From NCBI GenBank assembly GCA_964016885.1, contig OZ024740.1:82336001-82400000 (forward strand): a stretch of DNA of 64,000 nucleotides. Reading direction: 5' to 3'. Below the pieces are notes generated by a model, which saw nothing but the letters and a program-made list of their open reading frames with translations, did not search any database and was not told the DNA's origin. The position numbers and the translations under genes were made by a program. The DNA is from Eledone cirrhosa. Taxonomy: Eukaryota. Below are positions 17,090 to 32,250 of this stretch, piece by piece. Position 1 is the stretch's first letter. The number at the start of each line of letters is the position of its first letter.

Positions 17090-17690
17090 TCAGGTCACCA
17101 GTTGATGCTACTGGTAACATGTATCCCAGTACAACCTGTCTCATGGTCGACTAAACTGGCAACCCCACCAAGGTTTCTTGGTGAGGAGGGTGACTTTGGA
17201 CATCCTGCGGGACTAAAAACAAAACCTGTCAAAGGGCAAAGGAGCTCTTAAGAGTCAATGGCCATCCAAATTCACCGGGAGAGATGACCCCTTAGCCTTT
17301 GTCAAGGCAGAATTCTAGGAGAAGGAAAACTCTGATATAACACCTGCAACCCTGATGGTATCCAATGATGTTGACTTTTTCTTCTTTTTGGTAAATATCA
17401 TCTTGGTTAAGAGAGTGGGACTGTCTTTGTGCAGTGCCTTTGATCACTATAAAAGCTTCACGGCACAGGCATTGCTTTACATCTGGAGATCTCTCTGCAC
17501 TTGTCATCACATGGTACCATGGGCCCAACACTATGTGTCAATAATTGTCACAAGTGTAGTGTTTGTACCAGAGTTTTCAAGTCGTTGGCTGGACTAAAAA
17601 GTCACACTCGTTCAGCCCATCGGTAAGGGTTCTCCTACATGGAAGTAAAGTAGTGGCCGTACTCGAAAATGAGTTGGCAGCCACCATATA
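17090..17690. mobile_element. Non-coding repeat (RTE 5'UTR-like), internally inverted relative to the copy at 51350-51890
   Basis: 17148-17338 matches 51700-51888 directly; 17353-17690 matches 51350-51683 inverted; contains CTAGGAGAAGGAAAACTCTGA. Confidence 0.7.
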
Positions 17691-18130
17691 TATATATAGA
17701 GAGATTGAAAATATATAGATTTCAAATAGAATTGAAAATTCACCATCGATTACAATGATTAGTATCGATCAGCAGCCATCGATTATGGCGAATATTCAAT
17801 TAAGATCGTGGTTCACTTCGTCAGTATGTTAAAGTGTTTGCTAAAATACATAGTTACCTTGCGGTGTATTAAAAGCCTAGTCTCTACTGCAATCGATGGT
17901 GAATTATCAATTCTATTTTGGTCCTCAAAAATAGATCTGTCTGCGATTGGATGGTCATATGTGGATGTACGGCCATCGAAATATAACATATACGTTAACT
18001 GAGTAATGTTTTTTTTTCTATTTAACACCTTAAATTGCATTTTTTTCTATATTTATATATGTATTAAAGCCTGGTTACATTCTCAAATGATATATTTCTA
18101 TATATCTTTTAAAATTATATTATATAATAT

Positions 18131-18308
18131 CGGTAGAGCATCGGACGCCATGCTTTGCAGCAAAGAGTTATGGCCCTTTGCGTTGTGGGTTCCAATCCCG
18201 CCGATGTTAACTTTGCCTTTCATCCTTACGAGGTCGATAAAATAAAGTACCCGTTATGCACTGGGATAATTGCCGGCCTTGTGCCAAAAAAAAAGTAGAA
18301 ACAATTAT
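18131..18308 (+). mobile_element. SINE family A copy (5' truncated)
   Basis: Same B box, central domain and GTAGAAACAATT tail as 6815. Confidence 0.8.
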
Positions 18309-18572
18309 ATATATATAATATATATATATGGAGGGGGGTATATATATATGTATATATATATGTAAGTGTGTATATATATATATATATATACACACACATA
18401 TGTATATATATATACATATATAAAGAAATAGGATTTCGCTTCTAGCATAGCTTTATACAATATGTATAAATATTTCGTATCTCCAAAGCAAATCGGTTTT
18501 AGGAAGCCGTAGCTATGCAAACACCGGGGGGCTAACGCCCTTTGGTGATGTCCAGCAGAAGCAAGGGGGAGA

Positions 18573-18616
18573 ACCGTCTATGCATTTCAGGCTTAACTGG
18601 CCATCGTCAGCACGGT
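18573..18616 (-). ncRNA. Minimal type I hammerhead ribozyme motif
   Basis: rc ACCGTG-CTGACGA-TGGCCAGTTAAGCCT-GAAA-TGCA-TA-GACGGT; decayed inverted copy at ~19689-19725. Confidence 0.65.
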
Positions 18617-18745
18617 CCCTCCCACCGCTTGCGACTGCTGGACTAGAAGACAGGCGAGAGTATATAGTTTTCTCGTCTGTGTAAATGAGGTGATTAATCT
18701 CATTTGTATATGAAGCTGCATAAGTTGTCTCACCCCCCAGATATA

Positions 18746-18816
<71 letters not shown>

Positions 18817-21800
18817 ATATAATTTTAAAAGATATATGCAAATATATCATTTGAGAAAGTAACCAGCCTTTAATACATATATACATATATAAACAAATGC
18901 AATTTAAGGTGTTAAGTAAGAAAAATGTTTTACTCACTTTATATATATATATATATATATATACAGGGACACGTAACTCTATATACCTTTATCTACTAGC
19001 TATTATATATCTCTTCCTCTTCCCGGCTATCTATAATCGTCTCCCTTTCTTTCCCTTCATATATACCTATTTTGTCTCTCTCACTGTCACCCCTCTCCAG
19101 TGTTATTACCATGGACCCTGCTGATACTTCCGTCCCCTTGACACCTACCACTACTACTGTTCCTGTCAGAATAACAGACATCCTATTTTCGTGTAGATCA
19201 CAGCTCGATACAACTGTGACGAACTGCTGACTTGTTTCCTTATTCAAGCGTCAGAACAACAGGAATGTACGTTCTGTTCCGTGGACTAGCCTTATATACA
19301 TGGTCCTTCCTTTTTCCCGTGAGAACCCATGTGGACTAAAGGAAGCTGATAAGTTATTTTTCTATTTATTTTACACATTGCCTCAAAGGTTCTCATCTAT
19401 CAATCTCACACCCGCTTTTCTCTCTCTCTCTCTATGCCACCTCATTTCTCATCTCATGATTTAGACTCTCTTACCTTTGATCCCTCTCTTCATTACTCCA
19501 CTGAACATGTGGTTACTTCTTAACACAACATTTTACTATATATATAGTAATCAGCTTTTTCCAGTTCGCTCAGCTTCAGCCACTTTATGCAGATTCATAT
19601 GCAAATGAGATTAATCACCTAATTTACACTGACGAAAAAACTCTATGTATTTTCGTTGCAAAGTCAAGCAGTTGCAAGAGCGTGAGAGATCGTCCTGAGA
19701 AAACCAGTTGAGTTCGAAATGCATGAATCAGTGAGCTCGAACTAACAATACATAAAATACAATGTCATTCAATACGAATAAAGAATTTTTGCACTATCAA
19801 TGATGTTTTTATCTAATAATTCATAATCATTTTGCATCTTAATACTTTTTTCTAAAACCAAAACAAATACAAAGATAAATATGTCGTGTGGGAATAATGA
19901 TAAAATAATTGGTTTTCACAGATTACATTAACAACGGGATTGAATAGAAATTCAGATTTCAACACTGTAAGAACGGTTTTTGTCTATGGGCAGTGGCTGT
20001 TATTAACATGTCGAGAGACATTAAGCCTCTTATCAAAGTTTTTCTCAGTAATACTTATTTTCAGAGGGTATGTCGCATATGCCTATGCGTATTCATAGTA
20101 TTTTTTGTTGCTGAGAAATGCATGAAAATCATTCTGTTTTAATATAATCGTTGGAGAAGCTCTCAAGAACGCAGAGGATATTATTTAAGAGTGATGTACT
20201 AAAACGCTTATTTTGTATTTAAGTATGAGATGTCTGAGCTGTTAATAATACAGAGTTTAAGTTTTCTATTTGAACAGTCTTAGAATCAATGAGCCCGAAA
20301 TGAAAATATATATAAATGAATGAACTTTAAACAATTGGCAGTTTATCCATACAATAATGTGCTTTTTCCGGTTGACGGCTGTTGAAATACCTTCAAGAGA
20401 CGCAGAATATGACATGTATGTTTAGTACGTAGTCGTCACAGGAGACGTAGGATGGCTTTCGTGGATAAGTTTTGGTGGGTTTAAATGCTTCATTGTTGTC
20501 GTTTACAGGGCATCTCCTCGTCAAAATTGCTGTGAATATTTTTCAAAGATGTCTTTACAATTCATTTCATGCGCCCAGCGGTTTCAGTACCTAAAGTTGA
20601 TACATTATAAACCCTAACTTGTGCATTATTTCGTGTTCTATTCAACTCACAATTTAACCAATCGATATTTGTTTATAGAAATGAAAGAACAGAAAGAAGT
20701 ATCAAAGACGAAAACAATTGTATTTCACACGCTAACAAGAACAAAGACGGCACGGAAAGAAATGAACATTGATTTGCAGGAAAAAACAAAAGATATGTGT
20801 AACATATGGCTGATGCAGATGCTTATCCGACTCTTATTGGTCGTTCTAAGGATGTTTACGAGCAAATACAAATGTACTAATAGAGATAGAAGATGTTTTT
20901 AATAATTGTCGGATCTAAAAATACACCACTGAATTGCCACGCCCTCACTCTAAAAACAACCCCCCGTTGCTTTTTTACAAATATTTATTTCCCTCTTTGT
21001 TATGCTAAATGAGATATTGGTATATGGATATTAATGAAATGTTAAATGCCGAGTATAGTCGATGGTATTTTTGTGTCTGTTATCGCATATATTTTATGAT
21101 CTTAGCGTAATTTAATATTTTGCATGCCCTACCATCCTACGAAAATATGTTCATGATTAGGTATTACTGGGGTTAGGAAATAATATTTTGGATTCGGCAA
21201 TTTATTAAAAGCTGCAGCAGAACAGATATGAAGTGAAGTTTGAGCTATAGCTGAATTGACCTTCAAACATGTTTACGTGTGCGGAATCATCTGCCGAGAA
21301 CCTTTCTAGTGGATTTAGACATTATACAGATGTTTTCACAATAGCGCAATCTAAGGAAACAGACAGACAGCTGATAAGTTTGTCTATCTGTAAATTGATA
21401 TCATATACTGATTGCAGTATGATATCCCCCTCCCCCCCATTCCAAAATGGATTTGCAGCTTGTTTCAATATTTAAATCTGCTTTTCTCATTTATACCCAA
21501 CGGCCTTAAACATTAGAAGGGTAAAACGAATCTCATACATTTTTAATAAGAATAGGTTATCACCAACAAAGATGCCAGAAAAATTTACGTTTCACTTGAG
21601 GCAATTTAAAAGTATTTACGTCACATTGTTGCTTTATCTAACAGTTTATGTCATACATGCGTTCGTATCAATTTCTAGTGAGATACCAAGTGTAGGAACT
21701 TACTTCTGTCCTTAGGTATTCAACAACGATCATGTATTTTCTAAGCCTCATTTCTATTTACTCATGCATCCGGGTCAATGGAAGACAATATATATTATGA

Positions 21801-24800
21801 AGAGCATAAAAACAATTATAATATTTTCTGTTCAGGCATTTGGTTTACTAGACACTCCTGTTATCCCAACGAATTTCATCGCGTTTACTTTCTAATAAAT
21901 TGATCGAAAAAAATTAAGTCCTGCCGTGAGGACGGGAAAGTATTTGGATTTTACAGTTTCAAACTGTAATTATGAAGCAAAGTAAAAATGTTTACCACTA
22001 GAATAATGATTAAAACCTTCTTTGTGGCGTGACGATTTCAACGACATCGTCGAAAAACAATTATTGTCTTAGGCATTTTGAGTTACCGATATATATGCAG
22101 AGAGGATAAGACTGAATGTGTTTCTCAACGATCAGAGGCTCAGCCGATCAAAACAAATTTCAGGCTCATTTTATCTCTTTCATAATTCCTGATATATCAT
22201 ACATTGCAGCTATTTTAACACCACAATCTGTTCATTGAGGGAATTCGAATTAAAGGTTCTGATGTTGATTGTAACTAAAAGCAGCAAGTGTTCCATTCGG
22301 TAACATTTTAAAATCGTACATATTCTGTTCTTGCTCCCTTACTTTAGTTAGTTGATCTTCAGTTTCGAGTATCTCTATTTCTCTCGTAATAAATTTCCTA
22401 CAGCTGATTCCTCTTGATAGATAGTTGCCTTTGTTCTCCTATTTTCAGCAAGCCTTTTTGGTGCACTTATTATTGTTTGTATTTGAAGCATTGATGATAT
22501 TTGCGCATCTGATTCATCCTCTCTGTTTTGTGATGTAGTTACGGACATTTAATTCCTCTTGATAGATAAATGCTTTCCTTGTCCTATAATTAGCAAGCCA
22601 TGTTAAACTTTGTTCTTCTGATTCGTTTTGGCAATATTTCGCAGTTGATTTTCTCTGTAGATGCTTTGCCATAGCTTTATCAGACTTACTCCCAAATGAA
22701 GGTATATTCTTTGGGGAAATGTTTTGCTTGAATCTTACAATCTAATTGTTATTTATCTAAACGTTTAATTTTTCATGTTAAATATGGAGCTACGTCGAGT
22801 CACATTCCATTGAATGAGAACTCACTGCATAAAGTTCAGTTATTTTTCGGAAACAACAACCAAACATTAACATAAATTAATGTGCAAACCATATTACAGG
22901 AACCACGAGCGTTATTGTAGTAGTGTTTCGATAAATCGAATAAAGAACCCAAACATAAGTAAGTGGCTGAAACACAGACATTTACACACGGAGCTGTATA
23001 CGAAAATATGAAGAAGATATTGGTAAGAAACTGTCAGGAGAGCTGGACTGCAGAATGTCTTTAGAGAAATCCCCACCCTAGCATGAGATTAGAACTTCAC
23101 CTTTTAGACACTAAGCACCTGTTCAAACTCTGAGGCAACGACAGATTCATCCGTCTTGCTTAGGACGAGAAAGTGACTGAAGGAGATTGAGAAAAGGTAT
23201 TGCCAGATCGGAAGTGGATTGTGTGCTGTGGCCACCGAGTCTCGCTGGGAGATTCGCTTAATGCCAGCCGCCGCTGTGAAAACTGACACATCAGATGAGT
23301 TCTGTATATCCTCGGTTAATAGATATAACACTCTAGCTGATTTATTAGCAACGAGACATAAAGAACCATAGCACAGTTATCAATGAATATGGTTTTACGT
23401 ATTCTAAAGCATATATATATATATATAATGTAAAACGAAAAATCATCAGAACGCAATTTATTGTGTGTTACATCAGAACTCAATTTATTGTGTGTTACAA
23501 TTGTTTCGCCGGCAGACAGCTCGAGACATGATTATTGTATGGATCTGTCTGATTCTGGACCTGCAGGTTCGTCGTACACTTGCAATAATTTCGGATCAGC
23601 CAACAGCAGGACAAGCGAGGAAGATGTTTTTTGACGCTAATACCCTAGTGAGTAAATTTGATCCGAAATTATTGCAAGTGCCTAATACAAGGGTATTTAC
23701 ATTTTAACCATTCTGCTCTGAGGAAATGGTAGTCGCAGCATTTGAAAATTGAGTTTCTGCAATCAAATAATTATTAATTATCAATTGCACATAGTATGAC
23801 TAGTCTGTATAACTACTGTTGAAACATTTCTAAGCACTCGGAATAAATTACATTTTTATGATGTCTACCTGTTATTATTCATTCTTTATCTACACTCCGG
23901 AATACAGAAGGATGAGAAACCTAATTTTTCCGACTATTCTTCCATAACCCGTTGAGTAACCCCTCACCGTACGTGAACTCTATCTAGTGTAGTACTTAAC
24001 CATTACTGCATCCAGGATAACCTTAAGCATTTCTTGCATATATATATATACATATATGCTTTAGAATACGTAAAACCATAGTCATTGATAACTGTGCTAT
24101 GGTTCTTAATGTCTCGTTGCTAATACATCAGCTATAGTGTTATATCGTTGGTGACTCAAGAACTGCAAGAAAACATAACTATATAAAGGAAAAATAAATA
24201 CAAAATGATAGATTTATGATACGAATGATGTTGGCAGCAGAAATGAAGGTTTAACGGTGTTGATCGAATTGAAGAGAAAACATTAATTCTTTTGTGACAA
24301 GTTTGTCTTTGGTCATATATGCTTAAAAATGCCTGAATATTAAATGGTTAAAGATTGGGACGATTTGTCAATAATTCTACTTCCATCTATTGCTAGTGGC
24401 CATTAGAGCAGTCTATGTACCTATGTACTTACTAAATTCCACCTTTATTTTCTATTTCACTGTTTTCTATGAAGCCTATTCTCTTTATGAAATGAATTTG
24501 AATGCATTACATTCCTTATTAGAGTCTTTAATCTCATGGAAATGAAATGTTTGAATACTATATAATTAATGAATATTCTCGTCTCACGCATTGCATTTAT
24601 GATATGTAAAATGTCGAAATATTCTAAACAACAGTGAGTTCGAAAGTGAATCTTTAATACAAGAAGAGTATATATTGTCTTTAGTTAATTTAAATTCTGT
24701 TCGTATGAAAACGAAGGAAAAAAAGACGGAAACTCTTCCCACTTGCTTCTCTTTTTAAACAACGTGAAAAAGTCAACCACAGAATTACTTATATAGGAAG

Positions 24801-24976
24801 ATTTGTCACGACATAAGTGCAGTCCTATTCTTCAGAAGATGTTGGCGTTGTACGGTCTTTTACAAGACGATATCATATATGAAGACCTGCACGGAAAAAG
24901 CAACGTGTGTGCATAACTTTCATTGTGTATGTATGGTCTATACAATGTCTGAAATGGCTTAAAGTTAAACCTTTCA

Positions 24977-25092
<116 letters not shown>

Positions 25093-25309
25093 TCACATTG
25101 CTCAATCTCTCGCTCACTCTTTCTCTCAATCTTTCTCTGTCTCTCTTCTCCTCCTGCTACACACCCACACATATATAAATGTATATATATTTGTGTGTGT
25201 GTGTGTGCACGAGTGCGTGTATAAATGGATGGATGTATGGATGGATGTAAAAGGAAAACAAAATAATAACAAAATCGATACAGTATGGAAGGAAATAGTT
25301 GGAAGAGGG

Positions 25310-25345
25310 TCTTCACGTTTCGGACGCTATTCCTTCATCAGAAGA
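25310..25345 (-). ncRNA. Minimal hammerhead-like motif (G at position 17)
   Basis: rc TCTT-CTGATGA-AGGAATAGCGTCC-GAAA-CG-TG-AAGA; inverted twin at 30768-30806. Confidence 0.55.
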
Positions 25346-25461
25346 AAGAATGAGAAATTAAAAGATTGAAGGGACGGGCAGGGCGGAATCGGAAAAAATG
25401 TTTCTACTGAAACGAAACCATCGAGAAGACCGAAAACCCTTTGCTCGTTTTAACACTGACT

Positions 25462-26576
<1,115 letters not shown>

Positions 26577-26839
26577 GGTATAGAAAATTGTGTAGCAAAA
26601 AACCAACAGTATTCCATAATATATAATTGACTATAGCGTCAAAATGGGAAAAATAGTTAACGTAAGATGTGAGAAAAATAATTCAAACTCAACTCAAAAA
26701 GAATCAGGATATAGATTCATCCAACAGAATTTAGTGAAATCCAAGGAAAAATCAATAGAGCCTTAACTCATGATAAAATAAAGTTTAAAATACTCACCCT
26801 TCAATTTGGAAAAAGTTCAAATGCTCGGTATAGTCTTGA

Positions 26840-26908
<69 letters not shown>

Positions 26909-26909
26909 T

Positions 26910-29340
26910 CAGTAATTAGGAGTATTCCAAAGCTTGGTAGAACAAGTTGTGAGGAAATTTATCAACATACGTTAAGGTGACTCAACAGGTTGGTAGGGAT
27001 TCAGTATTGGAAACACAAACAAACGAGGAGTGTAATCAAAAAAGAGAGAAATAGGACGAAGGTAAACAGTTACAAAAGAATTTAATCCACGTATTAACAA
27101 TTGTTTCTTCAGAATTTCAGTCCATTATTGCTACACTATGTAATAATAGGCAATCAAGAAAGATACTGTAGCATCCGAATTTTCAAAATACAAAGTTGGA
27201 ATGACCTTAGGAAATGAAATAAGGTGTAGTAGTGTAAGATAGAGGAACAGAGAGAGAGAGAGGGGCAAAAGAGAGGGAGAGAGAGAGAGAAAAGGGATGG
27301 AGGTAGGGAGAGAAAGAGAAAGAGATAGTGTGGTGTGAGAGGATTTGTATAGAATATAGTTAAGTTACAAGAAGGGAGGGGGAGGAGGGTTGTGTGCTAA
27401 AAGTTGTGATGAGTAGAGGGAGAGACAAGGAAGATATAATTTTAAGTGGCATTTGATAGTGGACAGGCGAAAGTCTTACCAGAGTATAGATGAAGTAAGA
27501 AAGTATTAAATTTCATATATAGTCTATTTTTAGGAGTGTGGAATTGTTATTTAGGGTTGAAGTAGTGTTAAGATTTAGTTGAAGGTTTGAAGTGTGAGAA
27601 TTTCGCTTTCAGTTTATGCTGGCAAAAAATTGACCTTTCAATTTTGTTGTTTAGTAGTTGGTGGCTTGAGCTTAGGATATGGAAGAGCTCATTATTACAC
27701 AACGGGCACGTTTTCATCCCACTCCGGCATGGAGGAGCATGTGAGAGTCTGGTCCATTTAAGGGTGTATTGTCGGTTATTCCCTTTTAAGTGCCAACTAT
27801 TGTCGGCGAGAGGTGTTACGTAAAGGTGTTGGTGGTGCTTTATTGCGGAACGATGCGTGTACCAACGAGTTTTGAAGGTGTTTGCAGTGCTGCCTATGTA
27901 GTGCTAGGTTTGGTTGCCCGACTCAACCGAGCACCTGTACACTAGGTTTGAATGCAAACATTCGTTATTCAATGGACAAGTCTCTGGAAGGTGGCAATTA
28001 CAATTTCTGTTATGGGCAGTGGTGGAGTTATAGGTGGGCTGGGATGTGTTTGTGAGTGTGTTTTGTGCATACTGTTTGTTAGTGGGTGGTTGTGTATTAG
28101 GTGTATTATTGTGTTGAGTGATTGGGGTGTTGTTGTTACGGAGCTTTTTGGCGTTGAGCATCTTAATGTGTGCGTCTAGGTTTGGTGCAGTGGAATAAGA
28201 TAGTCTAATTGTTTTGGTATTAAGTATACTACTATATTTATGTGAATTTTGGAAAGTGTTTTTTTATAATTTTGTAGAATGTGGAAGGTAAGTTAGAGCT
28301 AATAGAAGAGTTAAAAATAGGATTATACCAAATGTAAGATCTACTCCGTGTTCTGTTTTGCTTTGATGTTGCTGTTGTATTTGTGGTGTGGTTAGTATTA
28401 GGGGTCTAGGTGCGTGTGTGCGGGTGTTTGTGGGGCATTTGGCGTGTCTATGGTTATGTGTTTTATGGTTGTGTCGGTCCATGTATTCTAGTTTGTCGGT
28501 GTGGCCAGCCCGTTCTAATGCAGTGTTGTAGTATTCAGCGTGTTGATCGAATATTTGTTGGTTAGATGAGAGGCGGGATATTCTAAGTGATATACTATGT
28601 GGCACGGACCTTATAATAGATAGTGGGTGGTTAGAGCTAGTGTGGATGTAGGTGAGGTTCTCATTGTTTTTGTGAAAGGGTGTGATAATTTGGGTGTTGA
28701 GGTTGAAGTGGCATCTAGGAAGTTAAGGCCAAGGCTATCTAGGGTTCTTATAATGCTCTTACGGGGTCGCTCTATGTTTTGTTTATTCATGTTTTTAACT
28801 AATAGGAGAGCGTCATCTCTATTTATTCCCCCTCAAAGGTAACTAAATTTATTATGTAAGGTGTGGGCTATGGATATACCAACAATATCCGTAACTTGTG
28901 CTGAGTCATTAGCACCCATAGTTATGTCAAAGTTATCTATTCTATCCTTACGTACCCAAAAGTTATTTTCAAATTTAATTATCGTCTTTCTAGCTGCTAG
29001 GATAATGTTTATTTCGTCGTTGGTTAAGTCAGAATTGGCTTTCGCAAATGCTAGTGCCTTGTTTAGAGTTTCGGGTGATATGGAGGAGGAATAGTCATTA
29101 ATGTCGAATTGTATAAAGTTAGAGGTATTTTTGTTATCTATAATATTAAACCATTTAATTGTGTCGCTAGTATCGTCCCAAAGTTTAATAACTAGTTTAT
29201 TCCTTAATTGTATTATTCTATCTAAATTATCTATCTGAAATTCTGATGAAACAATTGTTAATACGTGGATTAAATTCTTTTGTAACTGTTTACCTTCGTC
29301 CTATTTCTCTCTTCTTTGATTACACTCGTCGTTTGTTCGT
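26910..29340 (-). mobile_element. Penelope-like retroelement (same group as 1-1290) with 5' inverted pLTR fragment
   Basis: rc KLWDDTSDTIKWFNII..FIQFDINDY..FDITMGANDSAQVTDIVG..RDDAL..SNHP..WYNPIFNSS..CNCHLPETCPLNNECLHSNLVYRC; 29235-29330 is the reverse complement of ~27025-27120; (TA)n on both sides. Confidence 0.9.
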
Positions 29341-29366
29341 ATATATATATATATATATATATATAA

Positions 29367-29433
<67 letters not shown>

Positions 29434-29648
29434 TTAAACATGTACATCTACATATGCATACTGAAATACTAGTGTGCATATGAATACACACACGTATACA
29501 TATGTAGATGTAACAAGTCTTTCACTGGTTGCTTTACTGTGAGCAACCCAGCTATTCTGTATGTAAACACACAGACAAACCGGTTTTTAGAGTCATACTG
29601 GTTTTCGAGGGAACACCTTCCCTCTATTCTCCAGAAAGCCAGACAAGG

Positions 29649-29693
29649 AATATTGAACTAGTTTCGTTGTTGTTACAACTCATCAGCAATATT
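29649..29693 (-). ncRNA. Minimal type I hammerhead ribozyme, intact
   Basis: rc AATATTG-CTGATGA-GTTGtaacaaCAAC-GAAA-CTAG-TT-CAATATT. Confidence 0.88.
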
Positions 29694-30115
29694 TACCTAT
29701 CTACCGGCCCTTCTGGAGAATTGTAAAATCACATATCGTTATATGCTTTTTCTATGAAAATTAGTAGTGGGCAGACTAATTTGCATAGAGTGTGAGTACG
29801 CACCGGTGCAGCGGAGACGATAAAAACAAATAACGAAACGAAATTAAATTTCGTTTCGTTTGTAACTCACTTTTGTATGACTGACGCTTAAACAATTAAG
29901 TTAAAAATGTACATCTACATATGCATACTGAAATACTAGTGTGCATATGAATACACACACGTATACATATGTAGATGTAACAAGTCTTTCACTGGTTGCT
30001 TTACTGTGAGCAACCCAGCTATTCTGTATGTAAACACACAGACAAACCGGTTTTTAGAGTCATACTGGTTTTCGAGGGAACACCTTCCCTCTATTCTCCA
30101 GAAAGCCAGACAAGG

Positions 30116-30160
30116 AATATTGAACTAGTTTCGTTGTTGTTACAACTCATCAGCAATATT
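30116..30160 (-). ncRNA. Minimal type I hammerhead ribozyme, intact (second tandem copy)
   Basis: Identical to 29649-29693, 467 bp away. Confidence 0.88.
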
Positions 30161-30462
30161 TACCTATCTACCGGCCCTTCTGGAGAATTGTAAAAGCACA
30201 TATCGTTATATGCTTTTTCTATGAAAATTAGTAGTGGGCAGACTAATTTGCATAGAGTGTGAGTGCGCACCCGTTCAGCGGAGACGATAAAAACAAATAA
30301 CGAAACGAAATTAAATTTCGTTTCGTTTGTAACTCACTTTTGTATGACAAACGCTTAAACAATTAAGTTAAAAATGTACATCTACATATGCATACTGAAA
30401 TACTAGTGTATTTACAAAAGTGAGTTACAAACGAAACGAAATTTAATTTCGTTTCGTTATTT

Positions 30463-30649
<187 letters not shown>

Positions 30650-30890
30650 AGTCAGTGTTAAAACGAGCAAAGGTTTTTTGGTCTTCTCGATGGTTTCGTT
30701 TCAGTAGAAACATTTTTTTCCGATTCCGCCCTGCCCGTCCCTTCAACCTTTTTAATTTCTCATTCTTTCTTCTGATGATGAAGGAATAGCGTCCGAAACG
30801 TGAAGACCCTCTTCCTACCATTTCCTTCCATATACTGTATCGATTTTGTTGTTATTTCTGTTTTCCTTTTACATCCATCCATACATCCAT

Positions 30891-30927
<37 letters not shown>

Positions 30928-31346
30928 AGTGGGGTGAACTTTTCAGTGTGTGGGAATGTGAGTGTATAACATATTGAGGATTATATACTTATGTTAATAG
31001 ATATGAAACATCTAATATAAATATATATTATAATTAGTCCTACACCCATGTACTAATAATATAATGTCCAGTTAAACACATTAAAGAAGCACTATTCAAG
31101 TAATATAAAGAATGTATTTTATTCTATTTAACATAGAGCTGTTATTTACATGAATACTTAAATATCCGTTCTCCGAGGAAATCATCATAATGTTGTTTAA
31201 ATGACTACACCAATACTTACATATGGAGACTGGCTTTAATAACTGTTGAGCGTTCAAGGATCCGTCTCACGTAAACGACGGAAAAGTGAACAAGAAGATA
31301 GGAGTTATGAGGTCGAAACAAAAAGATGAAAAAGCAGAAAACAAGA

Positions 31347-31432
31347 TATTCTTCTTCTTCTTCTTCTTCTTCTTCTTCTTCTTCTTCTTCTTCTTCTTCT
31401 TCTTCTTCTTCTTCTTCTTCTTCTTCTTCTTC
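31347..31432. repeat. (TTC)n microsatellite
   Basis: Direct reading. Confidence 0.95.
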
Positions 31433-31936
31433 ATTAGACTCCAAATTTTAGGCTGGCTTCATTTCCTGAAATTCTTTAGAGAGCAAAGTGCATTTTAACA
31501 TATTGTGGTGTACGTAACATTTTAGTACTGGTCTATTTATAAAACCCACTTGTGTATTCTTGATAGACGTTAATATGATGTATTAGAAGCGCTGTAGAAT
31601 CAAGGATGCTGGTATGAATATTCTTGAAACCCGGTCATCGCTTATAAAATGTCAGAGAAACATTATGTAGTGATGGTCAACGCCATAAAATTTATTCCAG
31701 CAGCGGAAAGAGGTTTATTCTGGGAAAAAAATAAATAAGGATTCCCTGTGCCTTCTTCGCCGGAGGGAGAAGAAATTTCAACTGAGGTATTAGGATATAG
31801 GACATTCAATTTGTTTTCGGATATAAATGTGGAAGATTGGTGAAAGAAGAAGCTAGAATTGGTAGGTAAAATCACAGATAACACAAATGATTAAAATACG
31901 AGTGGGTTTGAAAAGCCTTGAAGGTAGGGTAGAAAC

Positions 31937-31979
<43 letters not shown>

Positions 31980-31992
31980 GTATATATATATA

Positions 31993-32040
<48 letters not shown>

Positions 32041-32043
<3 letters not shown>

Positions 32044-32250
32044 GATGGTAATCCCAAACGTAAGGTCTCCAAAGCGATGGGGACACAGAGAAAGTGTTCG
32101 TACGGCCTGTTGGCAACACTGTTGTGATTGGTGCTTCCTTTAATCCCAAACAAACATGCACGCGCTTCGCTGGGATGCTCAGTCTTGGCTTGGCAGCCGT
32201 TGAGAATGGAGCTCCCGTTGAACGCCAAGTGCGAATTTCGCATAAATAAT
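32041..32250 (+). mobile_element. Possible mariner-like terminal fragment
   Basis: TACGATGGTAATCCCAAACGTAAGGTCTCC after TA resembles TACGAGGG-type mariner TIRs; partner TIR not found. Confidence 0.35.

Noticed and set aside
17710-17830. Possible long-helix-II HHR on minus strand
   Set aside because: Helices I and II too weak to support by eye
24780-24840. CTGAAGA plus hairpin on minus strand
   Set aside because: Lacks GAAA and helix I
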